From a virus: a DNA stretch of 32,000 nt. The notes beneath the pieces are model-generated. The model saw only the letters and a program-made list of their open reading frames with translations, was not told the origin of the DNA and made no database searches. Position 1 is the stretch's first letter, and each line of letters starts with the position of its first letter. The stretch covers positions 1 to 32,000 of IMG/VR virus record IMGVR_UViG_3300006802_000085; one strand, written 5' to 3'. Position numbers and translations under genes: made by a program. Positions 23,036 through 30,626 of this stretch are shown here, piece by piece.

Positions 23036-23550
23036 CTCTGCCCGACAAGGACTCGATCGAAACCTATGGCGGTGCGCTCTCGAACTACAGCGACCCCATC
23101 GACCCGACCACCGACGAGGATGCGGCGTGGCGGAACAAGTACGCGGCCAACGTCGCGATGATGACGCACACGCTCACGCGCGGCGCGCGCTCCTTCCTCG
23201 GCACCACCGGCGGCGCGACGCAGATCGCAGACCCGAGCACGGGGTTCGTTCATGACAACGTTTGGGGCGACGGTGCCGTGGTCAAGCTCACGGGCTCGTA
23301 CGTCTCGACTGGAACCTACTTCTTCACCGCGCCGACGGCGGTGAGCGACGAGCTGGGGGTAAGCCACGACGTCAACCTGCGCCGCGCGTGGGCCGAGGTC
23401 GAGTCGAGCGACGGCACCGCGCGCTTCGCCACCGCGAAAGTCTCCGGCGCGCAGACGATCACCGTCTACACCTACGAGGACGTGGCGGGCAACGGCGCGA
23501 TCCGCGCGTCGCAACTCGTGGGGCAAGTCATCACCGTGTTCTTCATCTGA
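23032..23550 (+). CDS. Hypothetical structural protein (172 aa)
   Basis: ATG 23032 in an ATGA overlap. High GC3 and beta-rich composition. Confidence 0.5.
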   Translation: MTLPDKDSIETYGGALSNYSDPIDPTTDEDAAWRNKYAANVAMMTHTLTRGARSFLGTTGGATQIADPSTGFVHDNVWGDGAVVKLTGSYVSTGTYFFTAPTAVSDELGVSHDVNLRRAWAEVESSDGTARFATAKVSGAQTITVYTYEDVAGNGAIRASQLVGQVITVFFI

Positions 23551-23564
23551 TGGGAGCGCAGCCG

Positions 23565-23918
23565 ATGTCGACGACGATCAAGACGCAGATCAGCATGAAG
23601 AGCAGCGGCGAAGGGCTGCAGGCCGAGAGCGAGTGGAAGAGCACGCTCGTGACCAACACTCTCGGTCCCGCGGGAGGTCCGGTTCGTGCGCTCCTCGCCA
23701 CGGGCGTCAACACGCTCACGGTACCGACGGGGGCGCGCAGCATCAGCATCCAGCCGCCCGAGGCGTCGACGGCGCGGTTCAACCTACCCGGTGTCTCCGG
23801 CGGCACGGGGATGATCCTCCGCACCGGCGACGCGTCACTGCACCCGCTGCCAACGGGCACGTCGAGCGTGCTCGTCGCGAGCGATAGCCAAGAACTGGTG
23901 TTCCTCCACTGGGGGTGA
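23565..23918 (+). CDS. Hypothetical protein (117 aa)
   Basis: ATG 23565 with GGGAG 6 nt upstream; ATG 23550 is an alternative start. Its stop overlaps the next start. Confidence 0.5.
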   Translation: MSTTIKTQISMKSSGEGLQAESEWKSTLVTNTLGPAGGPVRALLATGVNTLTVPTGARSISIQPPEASTARFNLPGVSGGTGMILRTGDASLHPLPTGTSSVLVASDSQELVFLHWG

Positions 23919-24658
23919 TGCGCATGGGCTACGGCGGATATCACCCTTACCCGCGCCGCTTCGGCGGCGGACGCCCGCGGTTGCGCATCGTGCACGACGC
24001 GCTCAACGCAGCGCGCGGTACCGCGATCAACGCCTCGGACACGACGACCGTAGCGTGGGTCGAGAACATGGCGTACGCCCGCGCGATCACGTTCGACGGT
24101 TACGGGCAGAACGAGCGCATGGCGCTGCAGTGGGACCCCGAGCGGATGACCGCGTTTCTTCCGCGATGGGAGCGCATCTTTAGGATCACGCCACCGCCGA
24201 CCGCCACCGACCGCGAGCGGCGCGTCGCGGTGCTGCGCGCCTTTCGCCGAGTGCTCGACGCGTCGGGCCTGCACGAGCGGCTCGTTAGCGCGCTCGCGGC
24301 TGAGATCCCCGACTACTTCAGCGCGGTCGAGTACATCGACATCACCAACGCCGTCGTCAACGTACCCGACAACACCTACCCGTGGGGCACGCCCAACGCC
24401 GCGGTGCCGTGGTCGTCGACGGTGGCTCACGTACTCATCCTCCTCATCAAGCCCGCGAACGCGAACGAGCGCGACTTCTACGCAGCCGCGTCCAAGGTCG
24501 CACCCATCGCCGACCGTATCCTGCCCACGTGGTGCTCGTTCGACTGGTACCGCGCACCGGCGGGCGGGCCCGCCGTCAACGTCAGCGGCGGCCCGAGTCA
24601 GGGCGGCTTCTACCTCGACGACGATCACAACCTCGACAACAACGTGTTTGATGTCTGA
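23915..24658 (+). CDS. Tail/baseplate protein, DUF2313 (Mu gp48 / YmfQ-like)
   Basis: WDPERMTAFLPRWERIFRITPPPTATDRERRVAVLRAF matches the DUF2313 hallmark (dP.t....L..WEr..gl.p......eRr..v.a). Lies downstream of the J-like gene. Confidence 0.6.
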   Translation: MMRMGYGGYHPYPRRFGGGRPRLRIVHDALNAARGTAINASDTTTVAWVENMAYARAITFDGYGQNERMALQWDPERMTAFLPRWERIFRITPPPTATDRERRVAVLRAFRRVLDASGLHERLVSALAAEIPDYFSAVEYIDITNAVVNVPDNTYPWGTPNAAVPWSSTVAHVLILLIKPANANERDFYAAASKVAPIADRILPTWCSFDWYRAPAGGPAVNVSGGPSQGGFYLDDDHNLDNNVFDV

Positions 24659-24962
24659 GGTCGTGTGTCCCGCGTGCGGTGCGGCGGAGCAGGTCGACGG
24701 CGACTGCACCTTCACCGAGATCGGACTCTTTCGCTGCGACGCGTGCAGCGCACGCTTCGTCTTCGGCAAGCGGGTGCCGCGCGTGGTGATCGAACCGTGC
24801 CGCGGACCGCAGCAGATGCTCTGGACCCGCATGCGCGTCTACGACCCCGTCACCGGTGTCGAGGCGTGCGTGCTCGAATTCGACCCGGCCTTCGCCGACG
24901 CCGTCGCCGACAACCTCAAGGCGATGAGCCGGTTGGCGCAGCACCCGAACAGGAGAACGTGA
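24651..24962 (+). CDS. Small CxxC...CxxC zinc-ribbon protein (103 aa)
   Basis: ATG 24651 overlaps the upstream gene by 8 nt. The sequence reads VVCPACGAAE...(17 aa)...RCDACSARF. Confidence 0.5.
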   Translation: MSEVVCPACGAAEQVDGDCTFTEIGLFRCDACSARFVFGKRVPRVVIEPCRGPQQMLWTRMRVYDPVTGVEACVLEFDPAFADAVADNLKAMSRLAQHPNRRT

Positions 24963-24966
24963 AGCG

Positions 24967-26388
24967 ATGGCGATCACCAGGACCTACCCGAGCGCGTGGG
25001 GCGTCGGCGACAAGCTGACGAGCGCGCAGCAGAACGCGCTCGACACCGCGCTCACGTACGCGCTCGACAAGCGTGCGGGCTACGCCGATGCCCTCGCGAG
25101 CATCGTGCGGGCGACGGGCTCGGGGCGGCTGATCGACTCGATGGCGACCGGGCCCGACGCGAACTGGAACTTCAACCTGCTCGCGCACGGCGCCAGCGCG
25201 GCGGCGGCGGGCATCGTCCGCATCCCCACGCTCACGGCCGCGCGTACGTACAAGCTCCTCGCCAGCGGCGCGACGATGGGCGACCGCATGATGTTCTACT
25301 ACGAGGGCACGGGCGGCAACGCGAGCGGCTACGCCAACATCACGAACTCGCAGGGCACCGGCATCTTCCGTCTCGGTGTGCGCGCTTCGAGCGACTACAG
25401 CTACGAGGCGCAGGGTGCGAGCGCGGAGTTCGTCTTCGGTTCGAGCGAGTGGGCGCTCGCGCGCGAAGGCGCGCACAACAAACGCGCGATCGTGTTCACG
25501 TCCCCGACAACGTGGGTTTGCCCCCCGGGCGTGTTCGAAATTCTTCTCATCGGCTACGGCGGCGGCGGCGGCGGCGCCGGTGGCGGGGGTGGCGCAGTCA
25601 CGTCGGGATGGTTCGCGACGGGCGGGGGTGGCGGCGGTAGTGCTCTATCGGACGTTCGCCGTGTAGTCGTGGTGCCGGGCACCGCTTACACCATCACGAT
25701 CGGTGTGGGCGGTGCGCCCGGCGGACCGGCCGGAGCAGGCATCGCGACGGCCAACACCGACGCCGCGCTTGCAGGTCCCGGCGATCCCGGTTCGGCGACG
25801 ACGTTCACGAACGCGAGCACGGGCGAGGTGCTCGCATCGTTCCAGGGTGCGAGCGGTGGTGCGCCCGGTGCCGTCCGTGCCGCCGCGTCCATCGGCGGGT
25901 ACGGCATCGCGCTGGGCGGCACGCCGTGGAACTCGTCGCCGACGACTCCGACCGGGATTAGCGTCCCGTCGGGATACGAGTCATTCATCTGGTCTATCCC
26001 CAAGTCGCCGGGGTACGGCGGGCCATCGATCAACGGCGCAACCGCTGTGCTCGGGCGGTTCTGGGATGCGCACTTCTCAAACGGATCGAACGCTTTCGGC
26101 TACACCGGCGGCGTCGCCGGTGCCAACCCTCCTCAAGGCTCGCGCATGCCGGGGTCAGGCGGTGGCGGTGGCGCCGCCGGGCCAGGGGGTAACGGCGGCG
26201 CGGGTGGCGACGGGGGCACCGGCGTGGTCGGCGCCGTTGCTTTGGTCGGTCTCGACGGTCAGGACGCCACCGCCAATAGCGGAGGCGGCGGCGGCGGCGG
26301 CGGCGGCGGCGGTTCGAGCGATGTGGGAGGAGCCGACGGCGGCACGGGCGGCGCGGGCGGTGACGGCAAGCTGGTTCTACTGCTTTGA
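24967..26388 (+). CDS. Glycine-rich tail fibre-like protein
   Basis: 473 aa. WVCPPGVFEILLIGYGGGGGGAGGGGG...VVVVPGTAYTITIGVGGAPG plus further poly-Gly blocks match the glycine-rich domain seen in phage fibre proteins. Lies downstream of the baseplate genes. Confidence 0.7.
   Translation: MAITRTYPSAWGVGDKLTSAQQNALDTALTYALDKRAGYADALASIVRATGSGRLIDSMATGPDANWNFNLLAHGASAAAAGIVRIPTLTAARTYKLLASGATMGDRMMFYYEGTGGNASGYANITNSQGTGIFRLGVRASSDYSYEAQGASAEFVFGSSEWALAREGAHNKRAIVFTSPTTWVCPPGVFEILLIGYGGGGGGAGGGGGAVTSGWFATGGGGGGSALSDVRRVVVVPGTAYTITIGVGGAPGGPAGAGIATANTDAALAGPGDPGSATTFTNASTGEVLASFQGASGGAPGAVRAAASIGGYGIALGGTPWNSSPTTPTGISVPSGYESFIWSIPKSPGYGGPSINGATAVLGRFWDAHFSNGSNAFGYTGGVAGANPPQGSRMPGSGGGGGAAGPGGNGGAGGDGGTGVVGAVALVGLDGQDATANSGGGGGGGGGGGSSDVGGADGGTGGAGGDGKLVLLL
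26284..26310 (+). repeat. (GGC)9 microsatellite, in frame (poly-Gly); a second (GGC)6 lies at 25558-25575
   Basis: Direct reading of the sequence. Both tracts lie in the codon frame of the 24967-26388 gene. Confidence 0.9.
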
Positions 26389-26895
26389 CGGGCACCACGC
26401 GTTCACGTATGCGATCACGTCTCGCGGAGCGATGCGCGGTTCGGCATCGGACCACACCGGGGTCATGATCGAATCGGGGTCGTCGTCGTGGCCGAGCCCG
26501 AGTCCGTGACCGATCTCGTGTGCGGCGACGCGCCAGAACTTGGGGTCGCGCACGTGCGGCCCGTTGTCGCGGATCATGACGCTACCGCCCCGTGGGAGCT
26601 GACGAGTCATGGCTTCGCAAGTGTCGTTCGGCGGGTTCGCGTCGAGCACCTCGATGTGCCAGTCGCGCGTCGTTGCTTGCGTCGTGGAGATGCGGGCAGG
26701 GCATGACGATGTAGCAAGCGCGTCGTTCCACGCAGCGACCGCGATCTCTACCGCGTCGCGGCGCTCGTCGCGGATCGAGTCTGCGATCGACAACGTCCAC
26801 TCGCTAGGCGGCCGATTGTCTTCCGTTTGCGGTGACACCGCAGAGCACGCGATCAGAGCAACAACCGCAACCGGAATAACGATGATGTTTTTCAT
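26377..26895 (-). CDS. Lipoprotein zinc metalloprotease (metzincin, matrixin/M10-like)
   Basis: The only convincing minus-strand ORF. Signal peptide MKNIIVIPVAVVALIAC has lipobox LIAC. The zinc motif HEIGHGLGLGH is followed by DDDPDSIM (Met-turn). Codons in the signal peptide are more A/T-ended (GTT ATT GTT GTT GCT). Confidence 0.8.
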   Translation of the reverse strand: MKNIIVIPVAVVALIACSAVSPQTEDNRPPSEWTLSIADSIRDERRDAVEIAVAAWNDALATSSCPARISTTQATTRDWHIEVLDANPPNDTCEAMTRQLPRGGSVMIRDNGPHVRDPKFWRVAAHEIGHGLGLGHDDDPDSIMTPVWSDAEPRIAPRDVIAYVNAWCPSKQ

Positions 26896-26910
26896 GACTG
26901 GAGTGTAGCG

Positions 26911-28095
26911 ATGCCTTCCCCCAACTGCACGGTCAAGGATGGCGCGGCGGCAGCCGTCGCGACCGCCAACGGCGTCGACGTCACGCCCGGCAACACCATC
27001 GTCATCGCGCTCGCGTCGACCGCCGACGTAGACACGTGGTCAATCACGTGCCTCACCACCGACGACACGAGCGACAAGGACGCGGTCACGGCGGCGCTCG
27101 TCGTCGATGGCGTGCTGCGCACGGCGACGTTCACGGCGCCCGCGCCCGGCAAGGCGTACCGCTTCCGTTCGCGCGTGAACTCGGGCATCGACCGCAACGG
27201 GGTGGCGCAGTCGAGCTACTCCACCACGTTCTGCGTCTACACGCTCATCAACGGGCGGCGCGTCATCGCGTTCGACGAGACGACCGAGGGCAACACGAGC
27301 TTCGGTTGGACGAAGTGGCAGAACGACATCGTCCGCAGCACCCCGAGCGGGCAGCCCTCGGGAACGTGGGCCGACGCGTTTGCGGCGGGTGGTGGTGGCG
27401 GTGGGGGCGCGGTCCAATTCTTCGCCGCCAACAACCACTTCCTTTCGTACCAAGGCGGTAGCGCGGTCGGCGCGACGGGGCTCAACCACATCCCCACGGG
27501 CGGCGTCGTCGAGATCAACCGCGGGCTACGCGTCGTGGGCACTGCCGTCGCCACGCTCGCGAACGCGATGATCAACAACGCCACGCTCGTGACGCCGATG
27601 ATCAACCGCGCCACGCTCGCGGGCGGGCGGCTGGTGTCGGGCGTCGCGCAAGACCTGATGCTCGGCGGCAACGTGGTGTACACGGGCACGAGCATCGACG
27701 CCACGGGCAACGCCTATCACCGCTCCTACTCCGACGTCGCGCGCATCTCAACGAGCAACGCGACCGTCACCGACGCGTTCACGTGGAACCTGACCGACGA
27801 GAGCGTGAGCCAAGTCTTCGTCGAGGTCACCGCGGTGCCGAGCGGGAGCGGTGGGGGTGGCGCGTACGGTCGCCGCGCCATGCTCATGAGCAACGGCGGC
27901 GCGGGCACGTGCAGCAGCGTCGAGGCGACGTGGGACACCGAGATGACGCGCGCCGGGTTTACAGGCATCAGCGTCGGTTCTGGTGTGAGCATCGGCGTCA
28001 CCGGCCTCGCCGCCTTCGTCAAGGTGAAGGGGACGGCGACGGGGTCGATCTCGTGGGGCATCACCATCAACCGGAGCGAGACGACGTGGACGTGA
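26911..28095 (+). CDS. Fibre/receptor-binding-like hypothetical protein (394 aa)
   Basis: ATG 26911. Thr/Ser/Gly/Val-rich beta composition with poly-Gly patches. Sits within the fibre cluster. No family recognised. Confidence 0.5.
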   Translation: MPSPNCTVKDGAAAAVATANGVDVTPGNTIVIALASTADVDTWSITCLTTDDTSDKDAVTAALVVDGVLRTATFTAPAPGKAYRFRSRVNSGIDRNGVAQSSYSTTFCVYTLINGRRVIAFDETTEGNTSFGWTKWQNDIVRSTPSGQPSGTWADAFAAGGGGGGGAVQFFAANNHFLSYQGGSAVGATGLNHIPTGGVVEINRGLRVVGTAVATLANAMINNATLVTPMINRATLAGGRLVSGVAQDLMLGGNVVYTGTSIDATGNAYHRSYSDVARISTSNATVTDAFTWNLTDESVSQVFVEVTAVPSGSGGGGAYGRRAMLMSNGGAGTCSSVEATWDTEMTRAGFTGISVGSGVSIGVTGLAAFVKVKGTATGSISWGITINRSETTWT

Positions 28096-28886
28096 TCGCC
28101 CCCTCTCCGCACCCGCGCTCGCGCTCGGCGCACGCGATGGGCTTCGGCTTCGGCTTCGGCCGCGGTGGGCGTGGCTTCAAGCGCGTGTCTAGCGGCGGCG
28201 GCGGGTTCGACCCGACGACGCTCGGGCCGACCGAACTTTGCCGCGCAGACGGTTCGGAGTACAACGGCGCTCCGTGGGCGGCCGAGTACGGCTCGGGCTT
28301 GAACGAGCTGACCAACCCGCCGCCCGTCTCCGCAGCGGTCAACGGCTACACCGGCGCCGACTTCGATGGCACGAACGACCGCCTCGACACCGGCGACGAC
28401 TTCTCCGGCTACGTCACTGCCACGGCGGGAACGATCCTCGTGCTCTTCAACGCCGACACGGGCGCAACGCCCTCGGCCTCGGCGTACGATGACCCCTCGC
28501 TCGTCAGCGATCTGCTCAACTGCTTCAACCTCGGGTTCACGTCGAGCGGGCTCGGGCTCGCGTTCTACGACGGCGTCGGCTGGATCGAGCCGACGAAGGT
28601 GACGTGCTCTACCGGCGCGCTGCACGTCGCCATGTGCCGGTGGAACGCGTCGACGGTCGAGATCAGCGTCGACGGGGGCACACCCTCGTCCATCGCGCAC
28701 GCGGGCTCGCTCGCGATCGTCTCCTCCGCTGGGTACCACTTCACGGTCGGGCACGCGGAGATCAGCGCTTCCACGTTCTTCGATGGCAAGGTCTACGAAG
28801 TGTGGGCGTTTAACAAGCGGCTCACCGATACCGACATCGCGAACTACATGACGTATGTGGCGGCTCGCTACAACCATACCTTCTGA
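28092..28886 (+). CDS. LamG / concanavalin-A-like lectin domain protein
   Basis: GTG 28092 overlaps the upstream stop; ATG 28137 is an alternative start. FDGTNDRLDTGDDFSG...GTILVLFN...HVAMCRWNASTVEISVDGG...TVGHAEISASTFFDGKVYEVWAFNKRLTDTDI fits the Laminin_G_3 pattern. Confidence 0.65.
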   Translation: MIAPSPHPRSRSAHAMGFGFGFGRGGRGFKRVSSGGGGFDPTTLGPTELCRADGSEYNGAPWAAEYGSGLNELTNPPPVSAAVNGYTGADFDGTNDRLDTGDDFSGYVTATAGTILVLFNADTGATPSASAYDDPSLVSDLLNCFNLGFTSSGLGLAFYDGVGWIEPTKVTCSTGALHVAMCRWNASTVEISVDGGTPSSIAHAGSLAIVSSAGYHFTVGHAEISASTFFDGKVYEVWAFNKRLTDTDIANYMTYVAARYNHTF

Positions 28887-28894
28887 GGTGGCGC

Positions 28895-29377
28895 ATGAGT
28901 GACCCCGTTCTCGACAGCAAGCTCCGCGAGTTTCTCGAAGCCGAGCACGAGTCGCGCTCGCGCGGTCATACCGCCGCGAACATCATGCTCGCGATCAGCT
29001 CGATGCGGCAGGAGCATCGCGAGCTAGCTGCGCGCTACGAGTCGACGGCGCTGCGTCACGAGCTGCGTCTCGACCGCCACGGCCAACGGCTGAAGAAGTT
29101 GGAAAACCGACTCGACTTCGCGCAAGACGAGATGGACACGGGCACGCACCAGATCGCTGACCTGCAGCGCGCGCTCGCGGACAAACAGAACGAGATCAAC
29201 GAACGCAAAGCCGATTCGATCTGGTGGCGGCGGCAGAAGTGGCAGTGGCTCGTCGCCGCCCTCGGCGCCCTCGCCCTCGTCGGCATCACCACCACCCTCG
29301 GCGTGCTCGGCTTCTTCATTGCGCGGTCGCTCTCGGTGGCCGCGCCGCAACAGCAACAGCAACAGCAACCGAAGTGA
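28895..29377 (+). CDS. Coiled-coil protein with C-terminal TM anchor and poly-Gln tail
   Basis: ATG 28895 with GAGGTGG upstream. Heptad-rich N-terminal 120 aa are followed by WWRRQKWQWLVAALGALALVGITTTLGVLGFFIA and then QQQQQQQPK, encoded by a CAA/CAG repeat at 29349-29369. Confidence 0.55.
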   Translation: MSDPVLDSKLREFLEAEHESRSRGHTAANIMLAISSMRQEHRELAARYESTALRHELRLDRHGQRLKKLENRLDFAQDEMDTGTHQIADLQRALADKQNEINERKADSIWWRRQKWQWLVAALGALALVGITTTLGVLGFFIARSLSVAAPQQQQQQQPK

Positions 29378-29745
29378 GGTACCTCTTGGACAAGCTCATC
29401 GACATGGTCCGCACCCCCATCTTCTGCGCCGTCTTCCTCACGGGCGCGTGTGCGTTGACGGCGACGCACACGGGGTGCACGCGCGCGCAGATCCTCAACG
29501 CGGCCGACCTGCTCGCGGACAAGATCACGTGCGCCATCGCGAACCAGGACTTGCCCGACAAGCTCATCGTCGAGAAGTGCGCGGTGCTGCCCGGCGACAT
29601 CGAGAAGGTGCTCGCGATCGTGGGTGAGTCTCGCCGCGGTGCCGAGCGCGCGGTGGCGCGCGAGCGCATCGCCGCCGCCGCCCGCGTGAGCGCGGCCGTC
29701 GAAGCCGACGCAGCCGACGCTGGCGTGAAGGACAGCGGCAAGTGA
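29374..29745 (+). CDS. Small secreted or lipoprotein-like protein
   Basis: GTG 29374 overlaps the upstream stop; ATG 29404 is an alternative start. MVRTPIFCAVFLTGACALTA resembles a signal peptide. Its stop overlaps the next start (GTGA). Confidence 0.45.
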   Translation: MRYLLDKLIDMVRTPIFCAVFLTGACALTATHTGCTRAQILNAADLLADKITCAIANQDLPDKLIVEKCAVLPGDIEKVLAIVGESRRGAERAVARERIAAAARVSAAVEADAADAGVKDSGK

Positions 29746-30560
29746 GCGAGCTACCGCGAGGCACCGGATGGGTGCCGGACAACGACGACGTCGTTGCCGA
29801 CCAGCTCGCGCGCTACCCGCTCGGGCGCTTGATCGGCGCCAAGCCTCCGAGCATGGACGATGCGCTTCCGGGCTTTCGCCTCACGTACCGGCACCTGCTC
29901 GCTGACGGCGTGCCGAACCAGGGTCCGACGCAGTCGTGCGTGGGCTTCGCCTTCGGCTCGGCGATCCTGCTCAACGCCTGCATCGCGGGCATGACCATCC
30001 CGCGCCCGAGCGACCTGTTGATCTACGACTTCGCCCGCATGGCGAGTCGACCCTACGCCCCGCTCGATGACGCGGGCTCGCGGCCGTTTCTCGCCCTCGG
30101 CGCGCTGCTCGAAAAGGGGATGGTCGCCGCGAGCAGGTGGCCGCTCATCATCCACGCCGACGGCACGAGCAACGTCAACGACCTGCCCCCGCTCGACGTC
30201 TTCCAGGACGCGCTCGCAGCGCGCCTCGACTCCTGGTACCGCATCGCCTCGGGCGTGGGCGCCGACGAGTTGGTGCGCGCCGCGCTCTCGCGCGGCTACT
30301 GCCCCGTCTTCGCCATGCCCGTCGACTCGACGTACATGTGGTGGAAGGGCGGGGGCATCTACGAGGGCCGCACCGGCGGCGTGCTCGGCTGGCACATGCA
30401 AGCCGTCTGCGGCTTCGGAGACGGCTACGTCGAGGTCGTCAGCTCGTGGGGCCCGGGGCACGGCGACCGCGGCTTCGTGAAGATTGCAAACGCGTACTTC
30501 ACCTCGGGCGAGTGCAAGGACATCATCGTGCCGAAGGTCGTGCCACCGCTCGCGGCGTGA
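29742..30560 (+). CDS. Papain-like (C1 family) cysteine peptidase
   Basis: VPNQGPTQSCVGFAF aligns with papain NQGSCGSCWAF, keeping the same Gln-to-Cys spacing of 6. GWHMQAVCGFGDGYVEVVSSWGPGHGDRGFVKI aligns with HAVAAVGYG...IKNSWGTGWGENGYIRI, with Ser in place of the Asn. No signal peptide. Confidence 0.8.
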   Translation: MSELPRGTGWVPDNDDVVADQLARYPLGRLIGAKPPSMDDALPGFRLTYRHLLADGVPNQGPTQSCVGFAFGSAILLNACIAGMTIPRPSDLLIYDFARMASRPYAPLDDAGSRPFLALGALLEKGMVAASRWPLIIHADGTSNVNDLPPLDVFQDALAARLDSWYRIASGVGADELVRAALSRGYCPVFAMPVDSTYMWWKGGGIYEGRTGGVLGWHMQAVCGFGDGYVEVVSSWGPGHGDRGFVKIANAYFTSGECKDIIVPKVVPPLAA

Positions 30561-30584
30561 CGACGGATCCGCGCGGATCCGTCG
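30561..30584. other. Perfect 24-bp palindrome / hairpin after the peptidase gene
   Basis: CGACGGATCCGCGCGGATCCGTCG begins 1 nt after TGA 30558-30560. No U tract follows. Confidence 0.6.
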
Positions 30585-30626
30585 CCGCCACCACCATCGC
30601 CCACACCTCGCAGGAGCCAACGCCGC

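Noticed and set aside
23543-24832. 429-aa minus-strand ORF, with similar antisense ORFs at 29751-30869, 31121-31951, 21869-22789 and 9772-10845
   Set aside because: All mirror well-supported + strand genes and have Arg/His/Val-rich antisense composition. None has an RBS or recognisable motifs.
28895-29745. i-spanin/o-spanin pair
   Set aside because: The coiled-coil protein has its TM at the C-terminus, the reverse of i-spanin topology, and the second protein's lipobox is imperfect. The pair is kept only as an unexplained membrane pair.
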